A DNA stretch of 63,553 nucleotides, filler included. It is 5 parts of 5 records of this genome, joined end to end, with 100 filler letters (N's around TTAATTAATTAA, not from the genome) between each part and the next. Parts side by side here need not be neighbours in the genome. Positions count along the whole stretch, not along the records: positions 1 to 15,119 come from SRR2962707_3375; positions 15,220 to 43,322 come from SRR2962707_3376; 3 more parts are not named here. One strand, 5' to 3'. The notes under the pieces are model-generated. The model worked only from the letters and a program-made list of their open reading frames with translations, did not search any database and was not told where the DNA came from. Within the stretch, counting starts at the first letter, position 1, and every line of letters begins with the position of its first letter. Both the position numbers and the translations under genes were made by a program. Of the stretch, positions 9,901 through 18,015 are shown in pieces.

Positions 9901-12900
9901 GATCACGCTGGAAGGTCATGGCCGCAATGCCCCGGATGGGGCGCCGGACGTAAGTCGCACGGTGGGCTGGTTCACAACGCTGTATCCGGTGGCGCTGGAA
10001 GCGGGCGAAGAGGCACTTGGCACACTCAAACGCACCAAGGAAATGCTGCGTCAGGTTCCGGGCGACGGGCTTGGGTATGGTGTGCTGAAGGAACTGCAGG
10101 GCGCGGAACTGCCGGAAATGACCGGTGCCGGTCTGACGTTCAACTACCTCGGCCGTTTCGACGGAGAGCCAGGTTCGCAGTTTGTCCTCGATGGCAAGCC
10201 CGTCGGCGATTCGCGCCACGGCTCTGGCCTGCTGGCGAACGCGCTGGTGGTGGACGGACAGGTACACAATGGTCAGTTACAGTTGGACTGGACCTACAGT
10301 CGTGCGAGGTTCGAGAAGTCGCGGGTGACCCGCCTGATCGACCTGTACCGCGAAGCGCTGATGACGCTGATTGAAGACTGTGCGTCCCGGGCCGGTGGCC
10401 TGACACCGTCGGATGTACCGCTGGCTGATCTGGACCAGCCGCAACTGGATGCTCTGGAAAACCCCGCGAATATCGAGGACATCCTGCCCCTGGCGCCGAT
10501 GCAGGAAGGCATCCTGCTACACAGTCTGCTGGAACAGGGCAGCGGCATCTACCTTATGCAGGACCAGTATGAAGTGCGCAGCGAGGTGGATTTCGAGGCC
10601 TTCAGGGCGGCCTGGCACGCGGTGGTCCAGCGCCATCCCATGCTCAGGACCGCTTTCCACGGCCTGGACGGTGGCACCCAACACCAGATTGTCTATCGCG
10701 ATGTGCCGTCGCCGGCGCAGCTGATCGACCTGAGCCATCTGGAGCGTGCCGATGCGGAAGCGGAGCTGGAGGCGTTGCTGGCGGCAGAACGCCGCCAAGG
10801 CTTCGACTTCACCAAACCTCCGCTGCTGCGTCTGCGCCTGGTGCGTTTCGGTCAGGATGATTGCCGTATTGTACAGAGCCATCATCATGCGTTGATTGAC
10901 GCCTGGTGCCGTGGCCTGATGCTCGCGGAGTTCTTCGACCATTACCGTACGTTGGTGGATGGCAAGCAGCCGGTGGTAACCCCGGCGCGCCCCTACCGCG
11001 ACTTCATCGCCTGGCTGAAACGCCAGGAGGCCGAACAGGCGCACCGCTTCTGGCGCGATAAGCTGGTCGGCTTCACCGAGGTCACGCCATTGCCCTACCA
11101 GCGCACCGCCATTGGTGAGCCATCCATTCAGGATGTGACGCATGCGCTCACAGCGGAGGAAACGGCTCGACTGGTTGAACGGGCACGCCACGAAAAGCTG
11201 ACCGTGAACACCTTCATGCAGGCAGCCTGGGCACTGGTGCTGATGCGCCACGGTGGTCTGGACGAAGCCCTGTTCGGGGTGACCGTCGCCGGTCGCCCGG
11301 CAGAGCTGGATGGCATCGAAGACACCCTTGGCCTGTTCATCAACACCCTACCGCTGCGCATAGGCGCTGAAAGCGCAACCCAGACCGGGCTCGACTTCCT
11401 GCGTTCACTGCAGTCTGCCAATGCGGCCCTGCGCCAGTACGAACACCTGTCCCTGGCAGAGGTACAGAACCTGGCAGAAACCCCGCGTGGCGACGCCCTG
11501 TTCGACAGCCTGTTCGTGTTCGAGAACGTGCCCATGGGGGCGGACGTGCGGCAGGCCGCCGAAGCATACGGCATCACGCCTCTGGCGAACCGCACCCACA
11601 CCAACTATCCGTTGACCGTGGTCATTCTGCCGGGCGAGACCTACCAACTTCAGTTCAGCTACGACCAGAGGGTTTTCCGGGATCGGGATATGCAGGCGTT
11701 GCTGGACCAGTACCACCAGGTTCTGCGCCAGTTGATGCGGGCGCCGGAGCAGCCGCTTGCCGCTATCCAGCTGGTTTCCGCCGGGGAACGGGGCGAGCTG
11801 CTCGGACTTGGCCAGGGCCAGATGGAACCGGACTGGATGAGCCTGAGCTGGCTCGAACGGTTCGAAGCCTGGGCGCTGGCGGATCCCGGCCGGGAAGTCG
11901 CCCGCTGCCAGGGCAGCAGCATGAGCTACGCCGAACTTAACCAACGGGCCAACCGCATCGGTCACGGCCTGATTGAGGCAGGCACGCAGCCGGATCAAGT
12001 GGTGGCGCTGTATTCGCCCCGCAACCTGGACCTGATGACTATGATCGTGGGCGCCTTCAAGGCCGGTGGCGCCTACCTGGCACTGGATGAACGCCATCCG
12101 CCGGCCCGCAGCGGCCGCATGTTGCATAGCAGTCAGGCGCCCGTGCTGGTCACGCCGGAAGCCTGCCTGGAGCAGGTCGGCGCCATCCTGGCAGAAACCG
12201 AAGCACGTCCACGGGTGGTCACCCTGGAATCCCTGTTGGCTACGGATCGGGATGGTAATCCATGCCGGTATCCGGCCATGGATCAACTGGCCTACGTCAT
12301 CTACACCTCCGGCTCCACCGGTGAGCCCAAGGGCGTGATGGTCAACCAGCAGGGCATGCTCAACAACCAGTTGTCCAAGGTGCCTTATCTGGAGCTGGGG
12401 GACGGGGACGTGATCGCCCAGACGGCGGCCACCGGCTTCGACATTTCCGTGTGGCAGTTCCTGACCGCGCCGCTGTTTGGCGGCCGCCTGGACATCATTC
12501 CCGATGAGATCACCCACGATCCCCAGCGGCTGCTTGAGGCCGTGGCCGACAGCGGCGTTACCGTGCTGGAAAGCGTGCCGGCGGTGATTGAAGGCATTCT
12601 CGCGGTGCCGGAGCGGCGTCTGGGATTGCGCTGGCTTTTGCCCACGGGCGAAGCCTTGGGCCGGGAACTGGCCCGGCGCTGGTTCGAGCGTTACCCGCGC
12701 ATTCCACTGGTCAACGCCTATGGGCCGGCGGAGTGTGCCGACGATGTGGCGCTTCATACCCTGACAGGCCTGGAGGACACGCGCGCGGGCATTCCCATCG
12801 GCAAACCCACCGACAACAACCGGCTTTATGTGCTCGACACCCAGTTGGAGCTGGCACCGAGCGGTGTGGTTGGTGAGCTCTATGTCGGTGGCACTGGTGT

Positions 12901-13663
12901 CGGCCGTGGTTATGCCGGCCGTCCGGAGCTGACCGCGGAGCGCTACGTCCCGGACCCCTTCGGTCAACCCGGTGGCCGCCTTTACCGCACCGGTGACCTG
13001 GCACGCTGGAATGACGACGGCCTGCTCGAGTACGCCGGCCGCGCGGACTTTCAGGTGAAGATCCGTGGCCAGCGCATTGAACCGGGCGAGATCGAATCCT
13101 GCCTGCTGGCCTGCAACGGCATTCGTCAGGCGGTGGTGGCGGCCCAGCAAACACCTCACGGGGCCCAACTGGTGGCCTACCTGGTGCCCGACGACGGTCT
13201 ACACCTGGAAACCGAAAGCCTGCGGGATCGATTGTCCCATGAGCTGCCGGCGGTGATGGTGCCTACCCATCTGGTCGTGCTTGACCGGTTGCCGCTGAAC
13301 GCCAACGGCAAGCTGGACCGCAAGTCCCTGCCGCAGCCGGAGCTTGAGGTACGCCGCTACATCGCCCCGGAAGGCGAACTGGAAGAAATCCTGGTGGAAC
13401 TCTGGAGAGACCTGCTGAAGGTCGAGCAGGTGGGGCGCCACGACCACTTCTTTGAACTGGGCGGCCACTCGCTGCTGGCAACTCGCCTGCTGTCTCGGAT
13501 TCGCGAGCGCCTGGGCGTGAGCATGCCGCTGGCGGAAGCCTTTGAGGCCACCACGGTGGCGGCCATGGCTGCCGTGATTGAACGCCTGAAGGGACAGGCC
13601 CTGGATCAGGACCGCCTGGACAACCTTGATGCATTGATGAATGAACTGGAGGAGATTGAATAA
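3965..13663 (+). CDS. Starter NRPS, FAAL-ACP-C-A-T-E-C-A-T (lipopeptide siderophore synthetase)
   Basis: FAAL FLQYTSGSTSAPKG; ACP GGDSV; C HHIIADGWS; A1 YTSGTSGTPKG; T GGDSI (E-associated type); E HHLAVDGVSW, EGHGR, RTVGWFT; C HHALIDAWC; A2 YTSGSTGEPKG; T GGHSL. Confidence 0.95.
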   Translation: MSLHAERFPNFADVLRFYAEQQPQSLAIRQLVSDDAPPLVTSYSELYQKAQALAGYLQNELALAPGERCLLMLPGGADFAAAFFGCFYAGIIAIPAYPPEHDRQAYIDRLGGMIGDSKPMAVLALEQDIRRYQSRLAPLLPDGGRVVAADRIGLHWQNALQVVPPQSQDLAFLQYTSGSTSAPKGVMVSHANLMANEYTMAKAFQATDDDVWMTWLPLFHDMGLMSGLLLPILHGHCANMMTPQFFLARPARWLEAISQYRVTYSGGPDFAYMLCGWRVTDEQLEGLDLSSWRLAFTGSEPIRPETLERFADRMAPHGFRSDVFAPSYGLAEATLFVTTHGFNGDVQTRTFEPEQLSTAGLSSAHQPSRLVGCGDAYGEDTFCIVDSQTREPVEDGRVGEIWISGPSVAQGYWEKPTATAKTFVQWRDSRWLRSGDLGILEDGHLYVAGRQKDVIIVNGQNLYPQDIESTLEREIELLMPGRLAAFATTDARQAEGIGLALEVGRTTRRMVKPAMICAIIAETMSDTLGIAPQVILLLEPKTLPRTTSGKLQRAACRQGWERGELSVFAGWQDGRMLQASAPAVASAELESTVLPEVVSAWQAVLDRDDLDSNAHFFTWGGDSVGAMQMLSRVERDLGLRIEPAVLFEHPRLGDFSRWVSTQRADRSRPTLIKRLPDDAELPQSFAQQRLWFLDQLEGGSSAYHLCGEWQFMGSLDEDALQRSLDALEERHESLRTAFAETDENRGLQRIQPAAPVTVQSHDLSGEDSPASALDNLSRALVSQPMDLEQGPLWQVHRVRLGDSDHRLLMVIHHIIADGWSAQVLVKEFAQLYTAFAQGHDPDLPVLPIRYADYAHWHRETMEAGEAERQLSWWEQQLGDEHPVLELPTDRPRPESQSHRGARVAFAFPEPLSEKLRQLARDQGVTLFMVMLALYKTQLYRYSGQRDLRIGVPVSGRSRPETEGLVGLFVNTLVLRSQPVATQGFTGFLASVRDATLGAQAHADLPFEQLVDALQPERNLRHNPLCQVKFTQQFPLPENVGLPGATLTMRQRDDDSAHFDLGFDITDQPGGIEGTEGIEGIKGVLTYACDLFDEPRIREFAEELVNLAEQVTANPSRPLGELELLATPSALEGPKADFPVGDLVSLWNGHIQSTIGQQALQYEDQSFDYGWLEAESNRLAQHLQRQGVAAESSVGLCLDRSPEFVVGVLAVLKAGGAFVPLDPKWPSDRQAFVLKDCGAGWLLGHEAVPGFEGALIGFNAAADWRSEPVEPLGTLIEPAQAAYLIYTSGTSGTPKGVVVSHGAIANYVQGVLEVIDPSPKATMAMVSTVAADLGHTTLFGALCSGRTLHLLSADRVMDADAFASYMAEHQVDILKIVPTHLSGLLQAAEPARVLPREALVLGGEALPSALLSQVRELNPDCRVFNHYGPSESTVGVLTTEPGDEQDSTVPLGTPLPNIRAQVLSEERLPLPQGAIGELYLSGAGLARGYLGQPEQTAAAFVDDPQSSRERLYATGDRVRLLEDGRLSFHGRNDDQVKVRGYRVSLGEIAQRIRAFDGVSDAHVQVDDNGLIVAYPLAVELDTEAVLSALALQMPDYMVPAHILPLAEFPLTPNGKLDRKALPQPERQGEDFAAPLAGVETMLAELWQSLLHVEKVGRHDNFFSLGGDSIISLQVIARARKQGVKLTPKQLFEKQTIAELAHVAEVQEAAAAPKLAARESVPQAFPLTPIQQRFFNQPVDDRNQWNQALRLGIRSPLEAEPLSKALAAVVDIHPALRLRFDADQRTQTYSREEKADLLWTLETDDEQTLLSTFNDAQRSLDLSSGPLLRCVLVSQPGERQELLIAAHHLAVDGVSWRVLLEDLQLAYEQAAGGRAIELEGDIDGLHDWVHYLHRDLAHGRLDEELAYWQAFSAEDAALPCDNPDGTARVADGDHLRMTLDEGQTQRLLNDAPTAFRTRVNDLLLAALAQALGQWSGRSRHVITLEGHGRNAPDGAPDVSRTVGWFTTLYPVALEAGEEALGTLKRTKEMLRQVPGDGLGYGVLKELQGAELPEMTGAGLTFNYLGRFDGEPGSQFVLDGKPVGDSRHGSGLLANALVVDGQVHNGQLQLDWTYSRARFEKSRVTRLIDLYREALMTLIEDCASRAGGLTPSDVPLADLDQPQLDALENPANIEDILPLAPMQEGILLHSLLEQGSGIYLMQDQYEVRSEVDFEAFRAAWHAVVQRHPMLRTAFHGLDGGTQHQIVYRDVPSPAQLIDLSHLERADAEAELEALLAAERRQGFDFTKPPLLRLRLVRFGQDDCRIVQSHHHALIDAWCRGLMLAEFFDHYRTLVDGKQPVVTPARPYRDFIAWLKRQEAEQAHRFWRDKLVGFTEVTPLPYQRTAIGEPSIQDVTHALTAEETARLVERARHEKLTVNTFMQAAWALVLMRHGGLDEALFGVTVAGRPAELDGIEDTLGLFINTLPLRIGAESATQTGLDFLRSLQSANAALRQYEHLSLAEVQNLAETPRGDALFDSLFVFENVPMGADVRQAAEAYGITPLANRTHTNYPLTVVILPGETYQLQFSYDQRVFRDRDMQALLDQYHQVLRQLMRAPEQPLAAIQLVSAGERGELLGLGQGQMEPDWMSLSWLERFEAWALADPGREVARCQGSSMSYAELNQRANRIGHGLIEAGTQPDQVVALYSPRNLDLMTMIVGAFKAGGAYLALDERHPPARSGRMLHSSQAPVLVTPEACLEQVGAILAETEARPRVVTLESLLATDRDGNPCRYPAMDQLAYVIYTSGSTGEPKGVMVNQQGMLNNQLSKVPYLELGDGDVIAQTAATGFDISVWQFLTAPLFGGRLDIIPDEITHDPQRLLEAVADSGVTVLESVPAVIEGILAVPERRLGLRWLLPTGEALGRELARRWFERYPRIPLVNAYGPAECADDVALHTLTGLEDTRAGIPIGKPTDNNRLYVLDTQLELAPSGVVGELYVGGTGVGRGYAGRPELTAERYVPDPFGQPGGRLYRTGDLARWNDDGLLEYAGRADFQVKIRGQRIEPGEIESCLLACNGIRQAVVAAQQTPHGAQLVAYLVPDDGLHLETESLRDRLSHELPAVMVPTHLVVLDRLPLNANGKLDRKSLPQPELEVRRYIAPEGELEEILVELWRDLLKVEQVGRHDHFFELGGHSLLATRLLSRIRERLGVSMPLAEAFEATTVAAMAAVIERLKGQALDQDRLDNLDALMNELEEIE

Positions 13664-15119
13664 TGCAGGACAATGCGATGGCCCTGTCACGCCGCTTCCT
13701 GGGGCTGAGCGCCGACAAGCGCCAGGTGTTCCTTCGCAGACTGCAGGAGCAGGGGCTGGACCTGTCGTCCCTGCCGATCCCTTCGGGCATGGCCGGTGAT
13801 GCCAGCCCTGCCTCTTTCGCCCAGCAGCGGTTGTGGTTTATCGATCAGTTGGAGCCGGGTAACAGTGCCTATCATCTGCCTGGCGCCATTCGTCTCAACG
13901 GCCCGCTGGATGTCGGGGCGGTGCAGGCGGCTTTCGACACCCTGGCACTTCGCCATCACAGCCTGCGCACTACCTTCCGTGCCGACGAAAATGGGGAGCC
14001 GCTGCAGGTGGTGGGCCCGGTGGCACAGGTCGACGTTCCGCAACTGAGCGCCGACAGCGAAGTGGAATTCCAGACCCTGGTCCGGGAGATCGCGCGGCAA
14101 CCCTTCGATTTGGCCGCTGGCCCGCTCTGGCGAGTGGCGTTGGTGCGGATGGCGGAACACGACCATCGCCTGGTGCTGTGCCTGCATCACATCATTGCCG
14201 ATGGCTGGTCGATCCAGGTGCTGCTGACCGAGTTTGCCCAATGCTATCGCGCCGCTCTGGCCGGTGAGGTGGCCGACTTGCCTTCGTTGCCCCTGCAATA
14301 CGCGGACGTGGCCCTGTGGCAACGCCGTGGCCTTGAGGCAGGCGCCGGGGAAGTGGACCTCGACTACTGGACGCGGCAGTTGGGCGATGAGCCGCCAGTG
14401 CTGGAATTGCCGACCGATCGGCCGAGGCCTGCGCAGCAGTCTTTCCGGGGCGGGCGTTATCACTTCACATTCGACGACACCGTGGCCAATGCGCTGAATG
14501 CCTTGGCGCGGTCCCGGGGAACAACCTTCTTCACGGTCATGCTGGCGGCCTACAAGGTGCTGCTGTACCGGCTGAGCGGGCAGACCGACCTGAGCGTGGG
14601 CGTTCCCATTGCCGGACGAGAACAGGCGGAACTGGAGGGCCTGATCGGCTTTTTCGTGAATACCCAGGTGCTGCGCAGCGATGTGGCCGGCGGCGATGGA
14701 TTCACAGCCATACTGTCCCGGGAGCATGAGATTGCCCGGCAGGCTCAGACGCATCAGGCATTGCCATTCGAACATCTTGTCGACCAGCTGCAGCCGGAAC
14801 GCAGCCTGAGCCAAAATCCGTTGTTCCAGGTGCTCTATAACCATCAGCAGCGCGATGGCGAGCGCTTTGAACTGACTCCCGGTGTGACTGCTGAATTGCT
14901 GGCGCAGGACGCCGGCGCCGCCCAGTTTGACCTGGCGCTGCACACCTGGGCCTTCCCGGACGGTCGCGTGGGCGGTAACTGGAATTACGCGGCGGATCTG
15001 TTCGATGGGGAAACGGTTGAGCGGATACACCGTCGATTTGAATGCCTGCTCCGGCAGATCGCGGCAGGCCCGCAGCAGCCAATCGGCGCCTATGACCTGC
15101 TGGACGACACCGACCACGA
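13663..15119 (+). CDS. Second NRPS, truncated at contig end (N-terminal LCL-type C domain)
   Basis: TAATG overlap with the previous gene; SFAQQRLWF, HHIIADGWS, IGFFVNT. Runs into the spacer. Confidence 0.92.
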
Positions 15120-15219
15120 NNNNNNNNNNNNNNNNNNNNNNNNNNNNNNNNNNNNNNNNNNNNTTAATTAATTAANNNNNNNNNNNNNNNNNNNNNNNNN
15201 NNNNNNNNNNNNNNNNNNN
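15120..15219. other. Artificial contig spacer
   Basis: 44 N + TTAATTAATTAA (stops in all six frames) + 44 N. Confidence 0.99.
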
Positions 15220-15263
15220 GCTGTCTGCCCCCAAACCCCCGAGGATATTGATTGCCAAAAGAT
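15220..15263. repeat. Fragment of a Rhodobacteraceae-type intergenic repeat
   Basis: GCTGTCTGCCCCC...ACCCCCGAGGATATT...GCCAAAAGA resembles, from memory, a dispersed repeat common in roseobacter genomes. Its position at a contig end fits a repeat-induced break. Only one copy is visible here. Confidence 0.4.
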
Positions 15264-15308
15264 AGTATTGGACTTGTTGCGTGCTGATATTTGAGCATAT
15301 TTAGGGAC

Positions 15309-16415
15309 ATGACAGAGCCAAGATATCCCGACCTCATCAAACAATTGCCATCAGCGGTGCCCTTTGTTGGCCCAGAGTCTCAGGAACGGGCCCGTGGCGC
15401 GCCGTTTTTGACGCGACTTGGGGCAAATGAAAACGTATTCGGCCCCTCACCCAAGGCCATCGCTGCCATGCAGGCGGAAAGCGCTGAGATCTGGAAATAC
15501 GGCGATCCAACAAGCTTTGACCTGAAGACAGCCCTTGCGGCGCGTCTGGGTATTGGTTTTGACAACATCGTCATTGGTGAAGGCATTGATGGCCTTTTGG
15601 GGTATCTTGCGCGCCTTTTAATTGCACCCGGCGACAATGTTGTAACCTCAGAAGGCGCCTATCCGACCTTTAACTACCATGTCGCTGGATTTGGTGGCGT
15701 GTTGCACAAAGTTCCTTTCCGCGATGATTGCGAAGATCCTGTCGCGCTGTTTCAAAAAGCGGCAGAAGTGGACGCCAAAATCGTCTATTTGGCGAACCCC
15801 GACAATCCAATGGGCACATGGCACAGTGGCGCGGTGATCAAGGAAGCTATGGCGCATCTGCCAGACCGCACATTGTTGGCTTTGGACGAAGCCTATTTTG
15901 AATTTGCGCCCGACGGCACGGCGGTGGATTTGCCCATCGACGACCCGCGACTGATCCGGTTCAGAACCTTTTCCAAAGGCTATGGAATGGCGGGTGCCCG
16001 CATCGGCTATGCCATGGGCGCTGAACCCCTGATCACCTCTTTTGACAAAATCCGAAATCACTTTGGGGTGAACCGGGCCTCTCAGGTCGGAGCCCTGGCG
16101 GCGCTGGAAGATGATGACTGGTTGGCGCACACGATATCCGAAGTAGAAAACGGTAAAGCGCGTATCTCGGAAATTGCTGCAGCCAATGGTTTGTCCACGC
16201 TTCCGAGTGCGACAAATTTTGTGGCGGTGGATTGCGGGCGCGATGGTGATTTTGCGAGAGCCGTTTTGCAAGATCTTGTCGCCAACGGCGTGTTTGTCCG
16301 GATGCCGTTTGTCGCGCCTCAGGATCGCTGCATTCGTATCAGCGCCGGAACCCAGGCCGATTTGGACTTTTTCGCTGAAGCCTTGCCGAAGGCCCTGCGA
16401 GCGGCTCAAGGTTAA
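15309..16415 (+). CDS. PLP-dependent aminotransferase, HisC-like class I/II
   Basis: RLGANEN, YLANPDNPMG, LDEAY, PLP-lysine motif RTFSKGYGMAGARIGY. Confidence 0.9.
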   Translation: MTEPRYPDLIKQLPSAVPFVGPESQERARGAPFLTRLGANENVFGPSPKAIAAMQAESAEIWKYGDPTSFDLKTALAARLGIGFDNIVIGEGIDGLLGYLARLLIAPGDNVVTSEGAYPTFNYHVAGFGGVLHKVPFRDDCEDPVALFQKAAEVDAKIVYLANPDNPMGTWHSGAVIKEAMAHLPDRTLLALDEAYFEFAPDGTAVDLPIDDPRLIRFRTFSKGYGMAGARIGYAMGAEPLITSFDKIRNHFGVNRASQVGALAALEDDDWLAHTISEVENGKARISEIAAANGLSTLPSATNFVAVDCGRDGDFARAVLQDLVANGVFVRMPFVAPQDRCIRISAGTQADLDFFAEALPKALRAAQG

Positions 16416-16499
16416 GTCAAAAGAAAGCTCGCTGAAATTTTATTCGGTGTTGACCGATTCCGTTTTACACTGACCAGTGTTTGATTGGCGGAGGTACCG

Positions 16500-16691
16500 A
16501 TGCGAGATGAACCACGCAAAAAGGTAGAAAATTACACCAACCCCAGTTTGGTCTTTTTGTTTATCAATCTGCTGTGGATCTTTGGGGTTATCTGGGCCAA
16601 TTTCGGACTTGGCCCAGTTATCATTCTTGCGTGGCTTATCAACCACTTAATCACCCGGCTCGGTGGTCAGGCGGACGCCCGCGACGCCTGA
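16500..16691 (+). CDS. Small two-helix membrane protein (63 aa)
   Basis: GGAGG RBS before ATG 16500; hydrophobic LVFLFINLLWIFGVIW and LGPVIILAWLI. Confidence 0.65.
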   Translation: MRDEPRKKVENYTNPSLVFLFINLLWIFGVIWANFGLGPVIILAWLINHLITRLGGQADARDA

Positions 16692-17878
16692 GCGATCACC
16701 TGCCCTGCGGCTGCGACACCGCCAGCCCGATACGGGATATCCAGTGCAGACAGTGCCGTTTCCACTGTCGCCAAAAGACCCAGAACCATGTGGCTGTTCA
16801 AATGCCCCATATGCCCGAAACGGAAATATCCATTCCCCATCGGATCTTCGGGCTCATCGGTCGGCAAACCAATGCCGAGGGTCACCCCGGCATGTTCTTC
16901 GGTCCAGGCCCGCAATTTTCCGGCGTATTCACGCCCGATATGCAGCGTGGTCACCGCATTGCTGCGATGGTCCGGGTTGGCAACATTGAGTTTGAGCGGC
17001 CCGTCCTGTGACCATGTTTCGACCGCCGCCCAAATGGCTTGGGCAAAGACACTGTGGCGCGCCCAAACCTGTTCGATCCCTTCGTCATGAATCATTTGCA
17101 GCGCAACCCGCAACCCATGCAGATGGTGCGTCGGAGCCGTTCCGCCGAAATACTCATAGAAGAATTCACCCCGCGCCCGCGGCACCCAGTCCCAGTAACG
17201 ACTGACCCGTTTTAGCGTCGCGCGCTGTGCCGCCGCCTTATCGTTGAAGAAAACAAAGCCCAACCCTGGAGGCACCATCAAACCTTTTTGCGATCCGGCG
17301 ACCATGATGTCGGCGCCCCAGGCATCCATTTCAAAAACATCACAGCCCAAAGACGCAATACAATCGACCATCAAAAGCGCCGGGTGGCCGGTTTCATCCA
17401 GAACACGGCGCAGCCCCGCGATATCACTGCGCAAACCTGTTGAGGTATCGACATGGACCGCAGGGATTGCCTTGATCTTGTGTTCTGTGTCTTCACGCAG
17501 AGCTGCGGCCACGCCCTCGACGTCAATCGGCGTTTTTCGGCCGAAGTCCAACATCTGCGTGTTGATCCCCAGCCCTCGGGCCATTTCCGCCCAACCCAGA
17601 CCAAAGCGTCCGACCGTCGGAACCAAGACCGTGTCCCCCTCGACCAACGTATTGGCAAGTGCAGCTTCCCACGCACCGTGGCCATTGCTGATGTAAATCG
17701 CGACATTGCCGTTGGTTCGAGCCACTTTCTTAAGGTCAGGGACAATTTCCCCCATCATATCGACCAGTTCACCCTCATAAATATTTGGTGAGGCACGGTG
17801 CATTGCGCGCAATACCTCATCGGGGACAACAGAAGGACCGGGAATGGCCAGATATGAACGGCCGTTTGCCAATGACAT
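16667..17878 (-). CDS. Class V aminotransferase (serine/alanine-glyoxylate aminotransferase family)
   Basis: LAIPGPSVVP, VHVDTSTG, VDCIASLG, GSQKGLMVPPGLG, FRFGHMG. Confidence 0.9.
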   Translation of the reverse strand: MSLANGRSYLAIPGPSVVPDEVLRAMHRASPNIYEGELVDMMGEIVPDLKKVARTNGNVAIYISNGHGAWEAALANTLVEGDTVLVPTVGRFGLGWAEMARGLGINTQMLDFGRKTPIDVEGVAAALREDTEHKIKAIPAVHVDTSTGLRSDIAGLRRVLDETGHPALLMVDCIASLGCDVFEMDAWGADIMVAGSQKGLMVPPGLGFVFFNDKAAAQRATLKRVSRYWDWVPRARGEFFYEYFGGTAPTHHLHGLRVALQMIHDEGIEQVWARHSVFAQAIWAAVETWSQDGPLKLNVANPDHRSNAVTTLHIGREYAGKLRAWTEEHAGVTLGIGLPTDEPEDPMGNGYFRFGHMGHLNSHMVLGLLATVETALSALDIPYRAGGVAAAGQVIAQASRASA

Positions 17879-18015
17879 TTTAGAATGCTCCGTAAAAGTA
17901 ACCGCTGTCGGCGGTACGACCAAACCTACGGATGCGCAAGGCAAGGTCAATCGCTGCAAGCTTGCTTAGACGCGAGGTAACGACTAAACCGCGCTCAACA
18001 GAGGAAATGGTGCAG

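Noticed and set aside
11405..15117. Long antisense ORFs (587 aa, 476 aa; also 407 aa at 2541-3764)
   Set aside because: They lie exactly opposite well-supported GC-rich genes and have no recognisable motifs; typical shadow ORFs.
151..15119. Calling the cluster a pyoverdine locus
   Set aside because: PvdL loads Glu, D-Tyr and Dab in three modules, whereas this NRPS has two modules reading Asp and Dab. No chromophore maturation genes are visible.
15164..15175. TTAATTAATTAA recurring four times as a biological repeat or att site
   Set aside because: Always centred in 44+44 N; it is a six-frame stop linker.
13663..16415. Aminotransferase as a tailoring or Dab-supplying enzyme of the NRPS cluster
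   Set aside because: An artificial spacer separates them, and composition and gene style differ on the two sides.
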